A stretch of DNA of 63,662 nucleotides, counting the filler, from Chiloscyllium plagiosum (lineage: Eukaryota), in the NCBI RefSeq assembly GCF_004010195.1. It is 4 parts of one record of this genome, joined end to end, with 100 filler letters (N's around TTAATTAATTAA, not from the genome) between each part and the next. Parts side by side here need not be neighbours in the genome. Positions count along the whole stretch, not along the records: positions 1 to 23,410 come from NC_057710.1; 3 more parts are not named here. One strand, given 5' to 3'. The position numbers and the translations under genes were made by a program. Below are positions 1-11,691 of this stretch, in pieces. How positions within the stretch are numbered: position 1 is the first letter of the stretch; each line of letters begins with the position of its first letter. The notes beneath the pieces were generated by a model. It did not search any database. It saw nothing but the letters and a program-made list of their open reading frames with translations, and was not told the DNA's origin.

Positions 1-476
1 ATGTGGAGGTACTGGAACGGGTGCAGAGGAGGTTTACCAGGATGTTGCTTGGTATGGTAGAAAGATCGTATGAGGAAAGGTTGAGGCACTTGGGGTTGTT
101 TTCATTGGAGAAAGGAAGGTTTAGGGGTGACTTGATAGAGGTGTATAAGATGATTAGGGGTTTAGATAGGGTCGACAGTGAGAATCTTTTTCCACGTATG
201 GATCAGCTATTATGAGGGGGGCATAGCTTTAAATTAAGGGGGGGTAGGTACAGGACAGATGTTAGGGGTAGGTTCTTTACTCAGTGAGTCGTGAGTTCAT
301 GGAATGCCCTGCCAGTAGCAGTAGTGGACTCTCCCGCTTTATGGGCATTTAAACGGGCATTGGATAGGCATATGGAGGATAGTGGGCTAGTGTAGGTTAG
401 GTGGACTTGGATCGGCGCAACATCGAGGGCCGAAGGGCCTGTACTGCGCTGTATTCTTCTATTTTCTATTTCTATT
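1..476 (+). mobile_element. CR1-clade LINE 3' fragment
   Basis: ORF 3..215 has LERVQRRFTRM...LGLFSLEKGRFRGDLIEVYK, typical of the CR1 ORF2 C-terminus; 3' UTR GGGCCGAAGGGCCTGT and a (TTCTAT)-like tail. Confidence 0.9.
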
Positions 477-659
477 TGTGGCTTCTGGTCATGAACTTAA
501 GGCACCATGCACAGCAACACATTTTCAAAGGAATCATTGGTTCGGAGGGGGTTCACAAGGGCATTGAAAAACAAAACAAGAGACAAAGCCACAAAAGCAG
601 ATTATAGTAGATGGCCAATAGCTTCATTAAGAAGTATGTCTGAGTCTCTTAAAGCAAAC

Positions 660-1365
660 AAGGGCAGGACTTGTGCAATTAAAAGCAGGATATTGGGTAG
701 TGTTGTGGAACAGGGGTTCAGGTACATTTATTCTTTGAGATTTGCATCACATCGATGGGGTGGCTAAGAAGGCATTTAGCACGCTTGCTGTCATTGAGTA
801 TCAGAGTTGAGATGATATGTTGAGATTGTACTGTGTCCAGTTCTGGTCCTCTGTTATAGAAAGGATATTGTTAAGCTGGAGAGAGTTCAGAAGAGATTTA
901 CCAGGATATTGGCAGGAATGGTGGGTTTGGGTTATAAGGAGAGGCTGGATAGGTAAGGACATTTTTTCACTGATGCATAGGAGATTGAAGGGCAACCTTA
1001 TAGAGATTTCTAAAATCCTGAGGGGCATAGATAAGGTGAATGGTAGGGGGTTTTTCCCTAGGGGGAAGATTTCAAGACTAGGGGGCATATTTTTAAGGTG
1101 AGTGGACAAACTTTTTAAAAAAGACAAGGAGCAACTATTTTACAGAGAGATTGGTTTGTTTGTGGAATGAACTTCCAGAGGAAGTGGTTGATGTAGGTAC
1201 AGATACAGTATTTAAGAGACATTTGGATAAGTAAATGAGTAAAAAATGTTTGAAGACTTATGGGCCAAGTGCAGGCAGGTGGGATGAATTTAGTTTGGGA
1301 TTGTGGTCGGCATGGGCTGGTCAGACTGAATGGTCTGTTTCCGTGCTGTATGCCTCAATGATTCT
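660..1365 (+). mobile_element. Degenerate CR1/HER1 LINE 3' fragment
   Basis: YCVQFW...RRLKGNLIEISKILRG remnants in ORF 817..1101; 3' UTR GGTCTGTTTCCGTGCTGTA. Confidence 0.85.
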
Positions 1366-1410
1366 TAAAGAAAAAAGTGAAAATCGGACAGTTCAGCATT
1401 GAAATTCTAG

Positions 1411-1922
1411 CTATCGGAAAGATTTTGTGAAACTTGAAAGGGTTCAGAAAAGATTTACAAGGATGTTGCCAGGGTTGGAGGATTTGAGCTACAAGAAGAG
1501 GCTGAACAGGCTGGGGCTGTTTTCCCTGGAGCGTCAGAGGCTGAGGGGTGACATTATAGAGGTTTACAAAATTATGAGGGGCTTGGATAGGGTAAATAGG
1601 CAAAGTCTTTTCCCTGGGGTTTGGGAGTCCAGAACTGGAGGGCATAGGTTTAGGGTGAGAGGGAAAAGTTATAAAAAGGACCTAACGGGCAGCGTTTTCA
1701 CGCAGAGGGTGGTACGTGTATAGAATGAGCTGCCAGAGGATGTGGTGGAGGCTGGTACAATTGCAACATTTAAGAGGCATTTGGATGGGTATATGAATAG
1801 GAAGGGTTTGGAGGGATATGGGCCAGGTGCTGGCAGGTGGGACTAGATTGGGTTGGGATATCTGGTCGGCATGGACAGGTTTGACCGAAGGGTCAGTTTC
1901 CATGCTGTACATCTCTATGACC
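1411..1922 (+). mobile_element. HER1-type CR1 LINE, 5'-truncated 3' end
   Basis: ORF 1427..1723 KLERVQKRFTRMLPG...RLRGDIIEVYKIMRG; ends TTTCCATGCTGTACATCTCTATGAC; near-identical to copies at 6347, 52440 and 55565. Confidence 0.92.
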
Positions 1923-2862
1923 TAGGGGCGCAGGCATCTAAAGGCACAGACACCAGTAGTGGAGCAATTGCAATTGAGTGCAGAATTCAATGACTTTATA
2001 ACTCCTTTAACAGATTGTGGGCCTGGGGTAGCTTACAGAGATAGGGAGAGACCAAACAGTAAATGAGATTTAAAACCAGATCAGAATTTAGAAATAAAGG
2101 CATTGCTTACCTGGAAGCTATTACAGATCAGTGAGCACAAGCATGGTGAATAATTAAGACATGGTGTAAATAAGGATGCAGGCAGCAAAGTCTAGATAGG
2201 GTAAAATTTGGGAGATCACCAGGAATGTGTTGAAAAATCAAATCTGGGGGAAACAAAGGCATGGAGGATGCTTTGGTAGCAGATAAGCTGTGACAGGCTG
2301 AAGTTCTACAAGGTTTCCAAAGAGGTAATGGATGGTTTCAGTGATGGTGCAGATAGGCATTGAACCTTTATTCAAGTCAGCTATGGCTTTGAACTTGCAA
2401 GCAATGCAGATCCAATTGTAGAACATGTACAGCATGTCGGATGCTATTTGACCCACTATATCTGTGATGGTTCTGTTCAATGGCAACTCAGCTATCCATA
2501 CCTCTCGCTCTCTTGCTCTCTCTCTTTGTCCAGATGTCTCATACAGTTGTTACCAGAGAGGGATAAACCAGACGTGATGGAGTAGAGTTTGTGGAAGTTT
2601 AGGAATCTGAGAAAGGAGATGTTGAGCTAAAGCTTGCAGCCGTTAGAGCCCATGAGAAAATCATTGCTGGATTTTCAGATGAGGTGGGATGGGGGGGAAG
2701 CAAGAAGATTCCTCTATTATGATGAAATAAATCTGAACAGATTTGTATTTGCTGTCCTCCCCCGCTGAGTGATGATGAAGCAGTATTTGAGGAGCATGGT
2801 CTGATCAACTGTGTCAAAGGTTGAAGATGGTCAGTAAGAATGAAGGATGTCTTTGACAACAA

Positions 2863-2949
2863 CCACCTGATGAAGGAGCGTCGCTCCGAAAGCTAGTGTG
2901 CTTCCAATTACACCTGTTGGACTATAACCTGGTGTTGTCTGATTTTTAA
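2863..2949 (+). mobile_element. 87-bp PLE-type terminal fragment carrying a hammerhead motif, TSD-flanked
   Basis: Direct repeat CTTTGACAACAA at 2851-2862 and 2950-2961; the same sequence recurs at about 39515-39604 and, inverted, at about 38788-38878. Confidence 0.75.
2864..2898 (+). ncRNA. Minimal type I hammerhead ribozyme motif (intact core)
   Basis: CAC-CUGAUGA(2867-2873)-A-GGAGC/GUC/GCUCC-GAAA-GCUA-GUG: stem I CAC:GUG, 5-bp stem II, palindromic AGCU stem III, CUA cleavage triplet. Confidence 0.75.
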
Positions 2950-3354
2950 CTTTGACAACAAAGGATGTCTTTGTCTCAGACATAGGGTGTCATTTATAAC
3001 TTGGAACAGTTTTAATATTGAGCAGGGGTCGAAACTTAGTTGGAAGAATTCAGCTGTGGAGATCTGTGAAAAATGGGCGTCCATTTTGGAGGTAACAAAA
3101 CGTTCAAGGGCATTTGAAGGAATGTTAGAAATGAGTCTGTAGTTTGTATGGGTAGTGGATTAAGTATGAGGGGAGACAGATGCTAGCTTGGGGTAAAGCA
3201 AGGGCTTCAGAGGAAGATCAGTCAGGTGGCTGGGAGAAGGGAAGCAGTAGAACAGCTAGGATATTTGGTTAAGAATAATCAGCGATAACCATTTCTCATG
3301 AAATTTCAAATGCTATCCTTCTGGTTTCAGAACTGTGTCGACTGTATGAGCATT

Positions 3355-4430
3355 TGAATGAGGAGCAGAAGTGGGCTATTTGGATCCTCAAACCTGCTCT
3401 GCTATAAGTAAGATCATGGCTGATCAGTTTGTGTTTTGTATTCCACATCCACATCTAATTCCTTGCCCAACAAAAGTACATCTCCCTCAGCAGTAAAGTA
3501 TTCAGTGACTCTGCCTTCTGAGGCAGAGCTCCAAAATGGCATGACACTCTGAGAGAAAAAAGTCTCCTTATCTTTGTTCTATAGGTATGCCACCTAATTT
3601 TTCAACAGTGCCTTTTGGTTCTGCTCTCATTTACAAATGGAAACACTTGTTTTTCAACATCCATCTTATCAAGACCATTTAGGACATTGTACATTTTAAT
3701 CAAATTACCCCTCACTCTTCTGAATGCGATTGAAAAAAAGCTTAATCTGTCCAGCCTTTCATTGAATATTATTTAAAAGGATGATATGGCAAACATTAAA
3801 GGAGCGTTCATTCCTTTCTGTGCAAAAGTGAAACAGGAAGGGTGACCAAACCATGGCTTACAAGAGAAATTACCCTTAATATTGAATGCATGGAAGTGGC
3901 ATACAAGTTGGTTTGGGGAAAAAAAGCAACAGACCTGGAAGAGGGTGTTGATGGATGGTTGTTTATCGGAATGGAGGCTTGTGACCAGCAATGTTCTGCA
4001 GGGATCAGTGCTGAGTCCTCTATTGTTTGTTAATTAGATAAATGATTTGGATGAGAATTTAGGAAGCGTGGTTAGTAAGTTTGTGGATGAGTAGTAAAAT
4101 GAAGAAGGTTATCTAAGATTACAAAGGGATCTTGTTCAGTTGGGCCAGTGGGCTGAGGAACGGCAGATGAAGTTAATTTAGGTAAATGTTACGTTTTGCA
4201 GGACATACAGGGTCAGGACTTAGACAGTTCATGGGAGGGCCCTCGGTGGTGGCGTGGAATAGAGAGACTGAAGGGTTCAGATACATAGCTCAATGAAAGT
4301 TGCATCACGGGTAGACGGTGTAAAGAAGGCATTTGACACGCTTGCCTTCATTGCTCAGACATTGAGTATCGGAGTTGGGACGTCAAGCTGCAGTTATACA
4401 GAATGTTGGTGAGGCCACTTTTACAGGGGT
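3355..4430. mobile_element. Old CR1 fragments (minus-strand 3' end at about 3355-3770, plus-strand RT fragment at about 3770-4430)
   Basis: Recognisable CR1 nucleotide motifs (GGGATCAGTGCTG, GTTAGTAAGTTTG, GGCCAGTGGGCTGAGG); many disruptions. Confidence 0.7.
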
Positions 4431-5065
4431 GTGAGCCAGACACACACTGTGATAAACCGTTCCACTCCTCCATCACTTGTTACACTTCCTTACTCCTCCA
4501 TGACACCTTCCCTTTTACCTTCTACCTTCTCACTGTCCAAGGTCCCAAATGCACCTTCCAGATGAAGTAACATTTTATTTATACTTATTAAATCTGAACT
4601 ACTTTGGCATGGTGGCTCAATGGTTAGCACTGCTCCTTCACAGCGCCAGGGACCCAGATTCAATTCCAGCCTTGGGTGACTGTCTATGTGGAGTTTGCAT
4701 GTCCTCTGTGTCTGCGTGGGTTTCCTCCGGGTGCTCTGGTTTCCTCCTACAGTCCAAAGATGTGTAGGTCAGGTGAATTGGCCATTCTAAATTGCCTGTA
4801 GTGTTAGGTACATTAGTCAGAGGGAAATGGGTCTGGGTGAGTTACTCTTCAGAGGGCCGGCTGAAGGGCCTGTTTCCACACTGTAGGGAATCTAATCTAC
4901 TGTTTTCACTGCTGACAACGTGGTTTCCTTTTGCATTGGTGAGTCCAAAAGCAGACTGGCTGACCCTCTGATGGTACTTCTCCACTCTGTCCTTGGGAAT
5001 GACCCTGACTTTTTGGTTGTTTGCCATTTTATTAAACCACCTTGCTCTCCTGCTGTCATTAATAA
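4430..5065 (+). mobile_element. Old PLE GIY-YIG remnant interrupted by the HE1 SINE
   Basis: 4930-4965 reads IGESKSRLAD (the YIGET.R.L motif); continues after younger insertions at about 6200-6345 and 6845-6910. Confidence 0.55.
4606..4898 (+). mobile_element. HE1-type tRNA-derived SINE
   Basis: A box TGGCTCAATGG, B-box-like GATTCAATTCC, core GTCTGCGTGGGTTTCCTCCGGGTGCTC, LINE-like tail GAAGGGCCTGTTTCCACACTGTAGGGAATCTAATCT. Confidence 0.9.
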
Positions 5066-5076
5066 TCCCTTTGTCT

Positions 5077-6196
5077 CGATGTAGGTTTGCTCGCTGAGCT
5101 GGAAGGTTCATTTTCAGACGTTTCGTCACCATATTAGGTAACATTTTCAGGGAGCCTCTGGATGAAGCACTGCAGATGATTCCTGTTTTCTATTTATATG
5201 TTTGGGTTTCTTTTGGGTTGGTGATGTCATTTCCTATGGTGATGCCATTTCCTGTTCTTATTGTCAATGGGTGGTAAATCAGGTCCAAGTCAATGAGTTT
5301 GTTGATAGAGTCTCGGTTGGAATGGTATGCTTCTAGGAATTCTTGTGCGTGTCTCTGTTTGGCTTGTCCTACGATGGATTCCAATGAGCCACCACACACT
5401 GCACACAGAGGAACTAAGCAGAGCAGAGGAATATCACCTATAAAGTGTATTCAAAAGGATTGGGTACCCAATGAACACAATCTGCAGATTTCTTAGCAAC
5501 AAACCCAATAAGCAGACAAAACGAATCCAGAAACCCTCACTACTCTCTCCTACATCAAAGACATCTCAGAAATAACTGCCAAACTATTCAGACCCCTTGG
5601 CATCATGGTAGCCCACAAACCCACCAACACACTAAAACAGCAGATAATGAACTTGAAAGACCCTATACAGACAACAAGCAAACCTGATGTCATGTACAGA
5701 ATACCATGCAAGGACTGCAACAAACACTACATTGGACAAACAGGCAGAAAACTAGCCACCAGGATACATGAACATCAACTAGCCACAAAAAGATATGATT
5801 CACTTTCACTAGTATCCTTACGGATGAGGAAGGACATCACTTCAACTGGGACAACACATCCATCCTTGGACAAGCCAAACGGAGACACGCATGAGAAGTC
5901 CTCGAAGCATGGCATTCCAACCAGAACTGTATCAACAAATACATTGACTTGGACCCGATTTATCACCCCTGAGGAAAAAAACAGGAAATGACCTCACAGG
6001 AAATGACATCACCAACCCAAAGAAACCCAAACATATAAATAGAAAGCAGGAATCATCAACAGTGCTTTGTCTGGAGGCTCACTGAAAATGTTACCTAGTA
6101 TGGTGATGAAATGTCTGAAAATGAACCTTGCAGCTCAGCGAGCAAACCTACATCCAGAACCTCTACCTGAGCTCCAAATCTTCTCAAAGCTCGCTA
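5077..6196 (+). mobile_element. Penelope-like element, 5'-truncated, with inverted pseudo-LTR
   Basis: ORF 5605..5991 VMYRIPCKDCNKHYIGQTGRKLATRIHEH (GIY-YIG endonuclease); 5077-5377 is the reverse complement of about 5860-6153. Confidence 0.9.
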
Positions 6197-6346
6197 ATCC
6201 CTTTTGTCTTTTTCACCGGGCCTCCCTACTATCTTCTCCCTTCACTCTTCCTCTGACCTATCTAAAGTGTCTTTAAAAAAAACAATTTTCGAACCTTCAT
6301 TCTGTTCTAAAGAAGAGATGTACTGAATTAAAAACATTTATTCTAT

Positions 6347-6843
6347 TGTGAAACTTAAAAGGGTTCAGAAAAGATTTACAAGGATTTTGCCAGGGTTGGA
6401 GGATTTGAGATACAGAGAGAGGCTGAACAGGCTGGGGCTGCTTTCCCTGGAGCGCCGGATGCTGAGGGATGACCTTATGGAGGTTTACAAAATTGAGGGG
6501 CATGGATAGGATAAATAGACAAAGTCTTTTCCCTGGGGTCGGGGAGTCCAGAACTGGAGGGCATAGGTTTAGGGTGAGAGGGGAAAGATATAAAAGAGAT
6601 CTAAGGGGCAACTTTTTCACACAGAGGGTGGTACGTGTATGGAATGAGTTGCCAGAGGATGTGGTGGAGGCTGGTACAATTGCAACATTTAAGAGGTACT
6701 TGGATGGGTATATGAATAGGAAGGGTTTGGAGGGATATGGGCCGGGTGCTGGCAGGTGGGACTAGATTGGGTTGGGATATCTGGACGGCCTAGACAGGTT
6801 GGACTGAAGGGTCTGTTTCCATGCTGTACATCTCTATGACTCT
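6347..6843 (+). mobile_element. HER1-type CR1 LINE 3' end
   Basis: ORF 6469..6765 RTGGHRFRVRGERYKRDLRGNFFTQRVVRVWNELP; tail CTCTATGACTCT. Confidence 0.92.
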
Positions 6844-7989
6844 CCATGTTGCCACCTCCAGCATTTTGTGCTTGTTTTAGATTTCCAGCATCTACAGTAT
6901 TTTGCTTTTAAAGTTGTCCTTTTTTTTGGTTTCTATACTCAATCAACACCATAAACGTCTAGGTTTTTACTTGATCTGTGATATTTTGGAGTAAGGAATG
7001 CACTTATGTAATGTAGTAATATCTGAAATCCTCAGTTTAGTAAAGCTGCTTCACATCGCTTTTCTTTGCAGTTCTTAATTCTCAAGCTTGAGTTTATGCT
7101 TGAATGTGTATTAGCTTGTTTTAAGTCTTGCTATTAAGTATCTGTCCTAGATTAGTCAAAGTAACTGACATGCCTATTTGAGAAGAGGTGGCATTTTCTG
7201 ATCTTAGATTGGATGAAAAAAACTACTTATTTTATGTTGTTAAGAACAAAGAACTAAAATTATATAGTTCATTTTGTTGATTGCGTTATCTTATGGAAAA
7301 CTTGTCCAAAACACCTAGAATAAACAGTTTCCAATGTATTTTCTTTGAAATGGCATTAATAGACATATTTTGTAGAAGCCAAAGTTTTGTTGTTCAAAAT
7401 AAGTTTAATAGTTACAAATGCTTTTATCTACTTTTTAGGTTAAACCTTTTAAGGCAACTGTCTTTCTGTGTTACATTACAGCTAATCTACACACTGCCCA
7501 CCCCCAATGTTCTTGCATAACCATGGGGCCATGAAGCTGTTCCAATTTTTTTTTAGTCTCTCCAATATCTTGAGCCATTAGTTGCAACCTTGTGGCTATC
7601 TGGCTGATATTGTCATGCAACTCAGAACAGAAATCAAATCTTGATTGTTCCTCGTCTGTACTACTCAACTACTCACTCACTTGCTGAACCATTTGATATA
7701 ATGTAAATTGTTTGCTTGTTAATTCTTCGTGTTGTAATCTTCCCAATTAATAATTGAGTTGGTGGAGCTTCTAACTGCATCTAGGATGTCACAAAGCATT
7801 TTAAAGGCACTTTTGAGATTCTAGTGATTTGCACTAATGAATCATCTTACTCTAAGTGGTTTCTGCAATTGTTGACAGGGAATGGATACTTAATAAAGAT
7901 CAAATTTGGCCTAATACTTTCCTATTTGTCTCTGTGGGAAACAGAATTAAGTTTTATAAAGACAACTAAACAATCTTATTTTTCTACAG

Positions 7990-8158
7990 GTTCTGTCGCT
8001 CATCACGGTGACTGTTTAGTTGAGAAAATACTTGGCCTTCTGCCTAAATTTCCAGGGCTCACCAGTGATGTGAAAGTGAATATGATGGATCTAACATCTG
8101 TCCAAAGTAATGAAGATACCCAGAATATGATTGCTCCAGGATGCTTAGCTCAACCTAA
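7990..8158 (+). CDS. SCFD2: Sec1 family domain-containing protein 2, internal coding exon (likely exon 2)
   Basis: Acceptor ttatttttctacAG and donor AA|GTAAGA; 169 nt, phase 1 to phase 2. Translation (G)SVAHHGDCLVEKILGLLPKFPGLTSDVKVNMMDLTSVQSNEDTQNMIAPGCLAQP aligns ungapped, from recall, to human SCFD2 GAVGHHGDNLVEKIISALPQLPGHTNDVMVNMIALTALHTEEENYNVVAPGCLSQS. Confidence 0.88.
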
Positions 8159-8704
8159 GTAAGACTTTTTTTTAAAAACACATACTGGAGTTCTATGCTG
8201 CAGAAATATTTTGAATAGTTCTATGTCAGTGTCAAAACATTGCATCTTACCATTTGAATGTGTTCTAGTTCTCAATGATAATAGATTTTCTTGCCAAGCA
8301 AAGCTGTAAATAATTTACTAAATTATCAAGTCCATTTTACTATTGTTTCTGATATTGCCTTTATTTTTATTATTATACAGTGTAGGTTCCATGATAAAAT
8401 TAAGTTTGAATGTTGAAATCAAAGATTTTGGAATATTTTCAACTGTATTTGAAACTTGTGAACTATTAATGTTTACAATATATTCTGTATTTGGTTTGGT
8501 TGTTATTCTTGGAGAGTGGTGGCAAAAGGAAATGTAATGAAGTTAATTGCACATGAGCTAACCTAAAACTATAAAAAGAATGTAACTTGTGAACCATGTG
8601 ATGGGCCAATAACATAGTTTATGATTTGTGGTATAAATGAGAGTATACATAAAGAAAATTGGACTAGCATTGTTAATTTGAGTGGTAATGGGGGATAGTC
8701 CCAG

Positions 8705-10375
8705 TTCATAGAGGTCTTCAGCATAGAAAAAGATGCTTCCCACCCATCAAGTCTGTACTTGTCAAAAAAAAAACCCACCTGACTATTCTAATCCAGTCTT
8801 CCAGCACTTGGCCCCTAGCCTTGTATGCTTAGGCTTTAGAGATGTACATCTAAATGCTTAGAGTCATAGAGATGTACAGCACAGAAACAGACCTTTCTGT
8901 CCAACCTGTCCATGCTGACCAGATATCTTGAATTACTCGAGTCCTATTTGCCAGCACTTGGCCCATTTCCCTCTTAAACCTTCCAATTCATATACCCATC
9001 CAGATGCCTTTTAAATGTTGTAATTGTACTAGCTTCCACCACTTCCTCCATAAAGTTAACAAATAGGAGAGGATGGCTTCTTAAATATTTCTGCCTCTAC
9101 CACCCTGACAGGCGGTGAGTTCCAGATTCCCACCAACCTCTGAGTGAAAATGTTTTCCCCTCAGATCTCTGAATTTCCAGCCCCTTACCTTAAATCTATG
9201 CCCCGGTCATTGATCCTTTCTCTAAGGGGAAAAGTTTCTTCCTGTCTATGCACCTCCTAATTAGAATATATCTCAATCATGTCCCCCCTCGGTCATTTTT
9301 ACTTGAGGAAAACATCCCCAATCTGCGCAATCCTACTTTATAACTAAAACTCACCAACTCAGGCAACATCTAGGTAAGTCTTGCCTGCATCCTTCTTATA
9401 ATGTTGATTCCAGAACTGCATGCAAGACTTTAGTTTTTGCCGAACCAACTTTTTCGTACAATTCCAGGAAAATCTCTTTGCCCTGAGACAGTTTGCCTCA
9501 ACTAATAAGGGCAAGTATGCCATATACCACCTTTAACCTTTTATCTACGTGTCTGGCTATCTATAGGGAACAGTGAACATGCATGTCAAGGTCCTGCTGA
9601 TCGTCAGTCCTACCATTATTTATTTATATATTCACTTGCCTTGTTTGAGCTGCCCAAGTGCATCAACTCTTACTTATCTGGATTGAATTCCATTTTCCAT
9701 TGATCAGCCTGTCAGTATCCTCCGATAAACTAATGCTATCCTCCTCACTATTTATCATCCCATCAATTTTTGTATCATGTACAAACTTACTGATTAATCT
9801 GTCTAAATCATTTGTGTATACAAACAGCAAGGGTTCCAACCCTGATCCAGGTAGGACCTAACTGGACACAAGCTTCCAGTCACATAAACATGCCTCAATT
9901 ATCACCCTGTGCTTTCTGCCAATTGACACATGCTGGGTCAAACTTGCCAAATTTCCTTGGATTCCAAGAGCTTTTATCTCCACAATCAGTCTCTCACATG
10001 GGCCTTTATCAAAGCCTTGCTGAACTCCAAGTAGTTTATGTCGAATGCATTGCCCTCATTGACATGCCTACTTACCTCTTTGAAAAGTTCAATCAAGTTG
10101 TTTAGAGATGATATCTCTTTACTAAAGCAATGCTGACTGTTCTTGATTAATCCCCACTTCTCCAAGTGCAGATTAATTCTGTCCTTCAAAATTGCTTCGA
10201 ACAGTTTGCCCACAATTGGCATTAGACTGATCTGTAGTTTATCTTTTACTTTTTGAATAATGGTACCACATTGGCTGTCCTCCGTCCTCTGGCACCTGTC
10301 CTGTGATCAGGGAACAAGTGAAAGTTATTGTCAGTGCCCCTGGTATTTCCAGTCTTGCTTCACTCAATAGCTCAA
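8705..10375 (-). mobile_element. Degenerate CR1 LINE with a nested HER1 3' fragment (about 8859-9048)
   Basis: ORF 9986..10222 VGKLFEAILKDRINLHLE...SQHCF...NLIELF (RT N-terminal part); 3' UTR at about 8705-8850. Confidence 0.8.
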
Positions 10376-10921
10376 CAGTTGAATTTGTTCTTATTGGCTG
10401 ATGGAGTCAGGTTGTTTTTTATTTTCCAGTTGAGGGATTTCCTTCCTGAATAATTGGGTAAGTTGCACAAGTGGCTTTGGTATGAGACTGGCAAATGATT
10501 GATGATTAGTGGAATCAACAGAATAAATCTATTGTCAGAGATTTGAACTTAAATAGAGTCAGAAAGTCCCTAGAGATGCACAGCATGGAAACAGACCCTT
10601 CAGTCCAACTCATACATGTCGACCAGATATCCAAAGTTAATTGAGTCCCATTTGCCAGCACTTGGTTCATATTCCTCTAAACCCTTTCTATTCATATACC
10701 CATCTAGATGCCTTTTAAATGTTGTAATTGTACCAGCCTCCATTACTTCCTCCGACAGCTCATTCCATACCTGCACCACCGTTTGAATGAAAAAGTTGTC
10801 CCCTAGGTCCCTTCTTAAATCTTTCCCCTCTCACCATAAACCTATGCCCTCTAGTTCTGGACTCCCCCAGCCCAGGGACAAGACTTTGTCTATTTACCCT
10901 ATCCATGCCCCTCACACAATA

Positions 10922-11582
10922 CAGAACAACCTCTGTTATCCAAACAGCAATTATCCGAATTTCGGATTATCTGAACAAGATCTCAAGGTCCCATAAAAAC
11001 GTTACATCAAAGAGGTGTTACCGACACTGGTGATACCGACACCACCTCCAGTCGCCATTAATGAAGCTATCGACAGTTTTACAACTATTCGTGGAGTGAT
11101 AGATACGTAACAATAATAGTAATAGTATTCACCTTGGTTGCTGTTGTGAGCAATTGTTGGTGGGTAACAGTCTCCAGGACTACGGCGCTTTATTCACAAG
11201 GCAACAGTTGCCATAACTAAAGCTGCTGATGCCCACTCGGGTGCACACATGCTCTCCCACCTGCACTCCATCCGCGAGCCATCCAACTGCCCGATAGTAG
11301 GACATGGGCCGTCAGCATCATCACACATAGCACTGTGGCTGCGTGGCACTCTTTGATTACCTTTTGATCCTTGCACAATTTAAGAAGGCCTTGTATGTGA
11401 ATCCTGCTTCGTGCCTGCTTTTATTTTGTTTCCTGACATTAATTATCTTGATCTGTGTGCAACATGGACCTCTCTTTTCTCAACCTTTCTTTGTCCTTTA
11501 TCTCTATCTTTGCAGCACAATCAGTTATCCGAATTAAAAAAAACTCCCTGCCTGTCTCATTCAGATAATAAAGGTTGTTCTG
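10922..11582. mobile_element. Non-autonomous pogo/Tigger-like (Tc1-mariner) DNA transposon / MITE
   Basis: TA at 10920-10921 and 11583-11584; TIRs CAGAACAACCTCTGTTATCCAAA versus reverse-complemented CAGAACAACCTTTATTATCTGAA (19/23); no transposase ORF. Confidence 0.8.
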
Positions 11583-11691
11583 TATTCCAAAAGTGGCTGA
11601 ACCAATATGCCCTGTATAGCCATAACGTGATCTCTCAACTCCTATACTCCATGCTCTGACCAATAAAGGAAAGCATACTATATGCCTCCTT

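Noticed and set aside
2238..2486. CKFKAIAD peptide as the missing upstream FRYL exon
   Set aside because: It is on the wrong strand, has no further similarity or splice sites, and lies in decayed LINE-like sequence.
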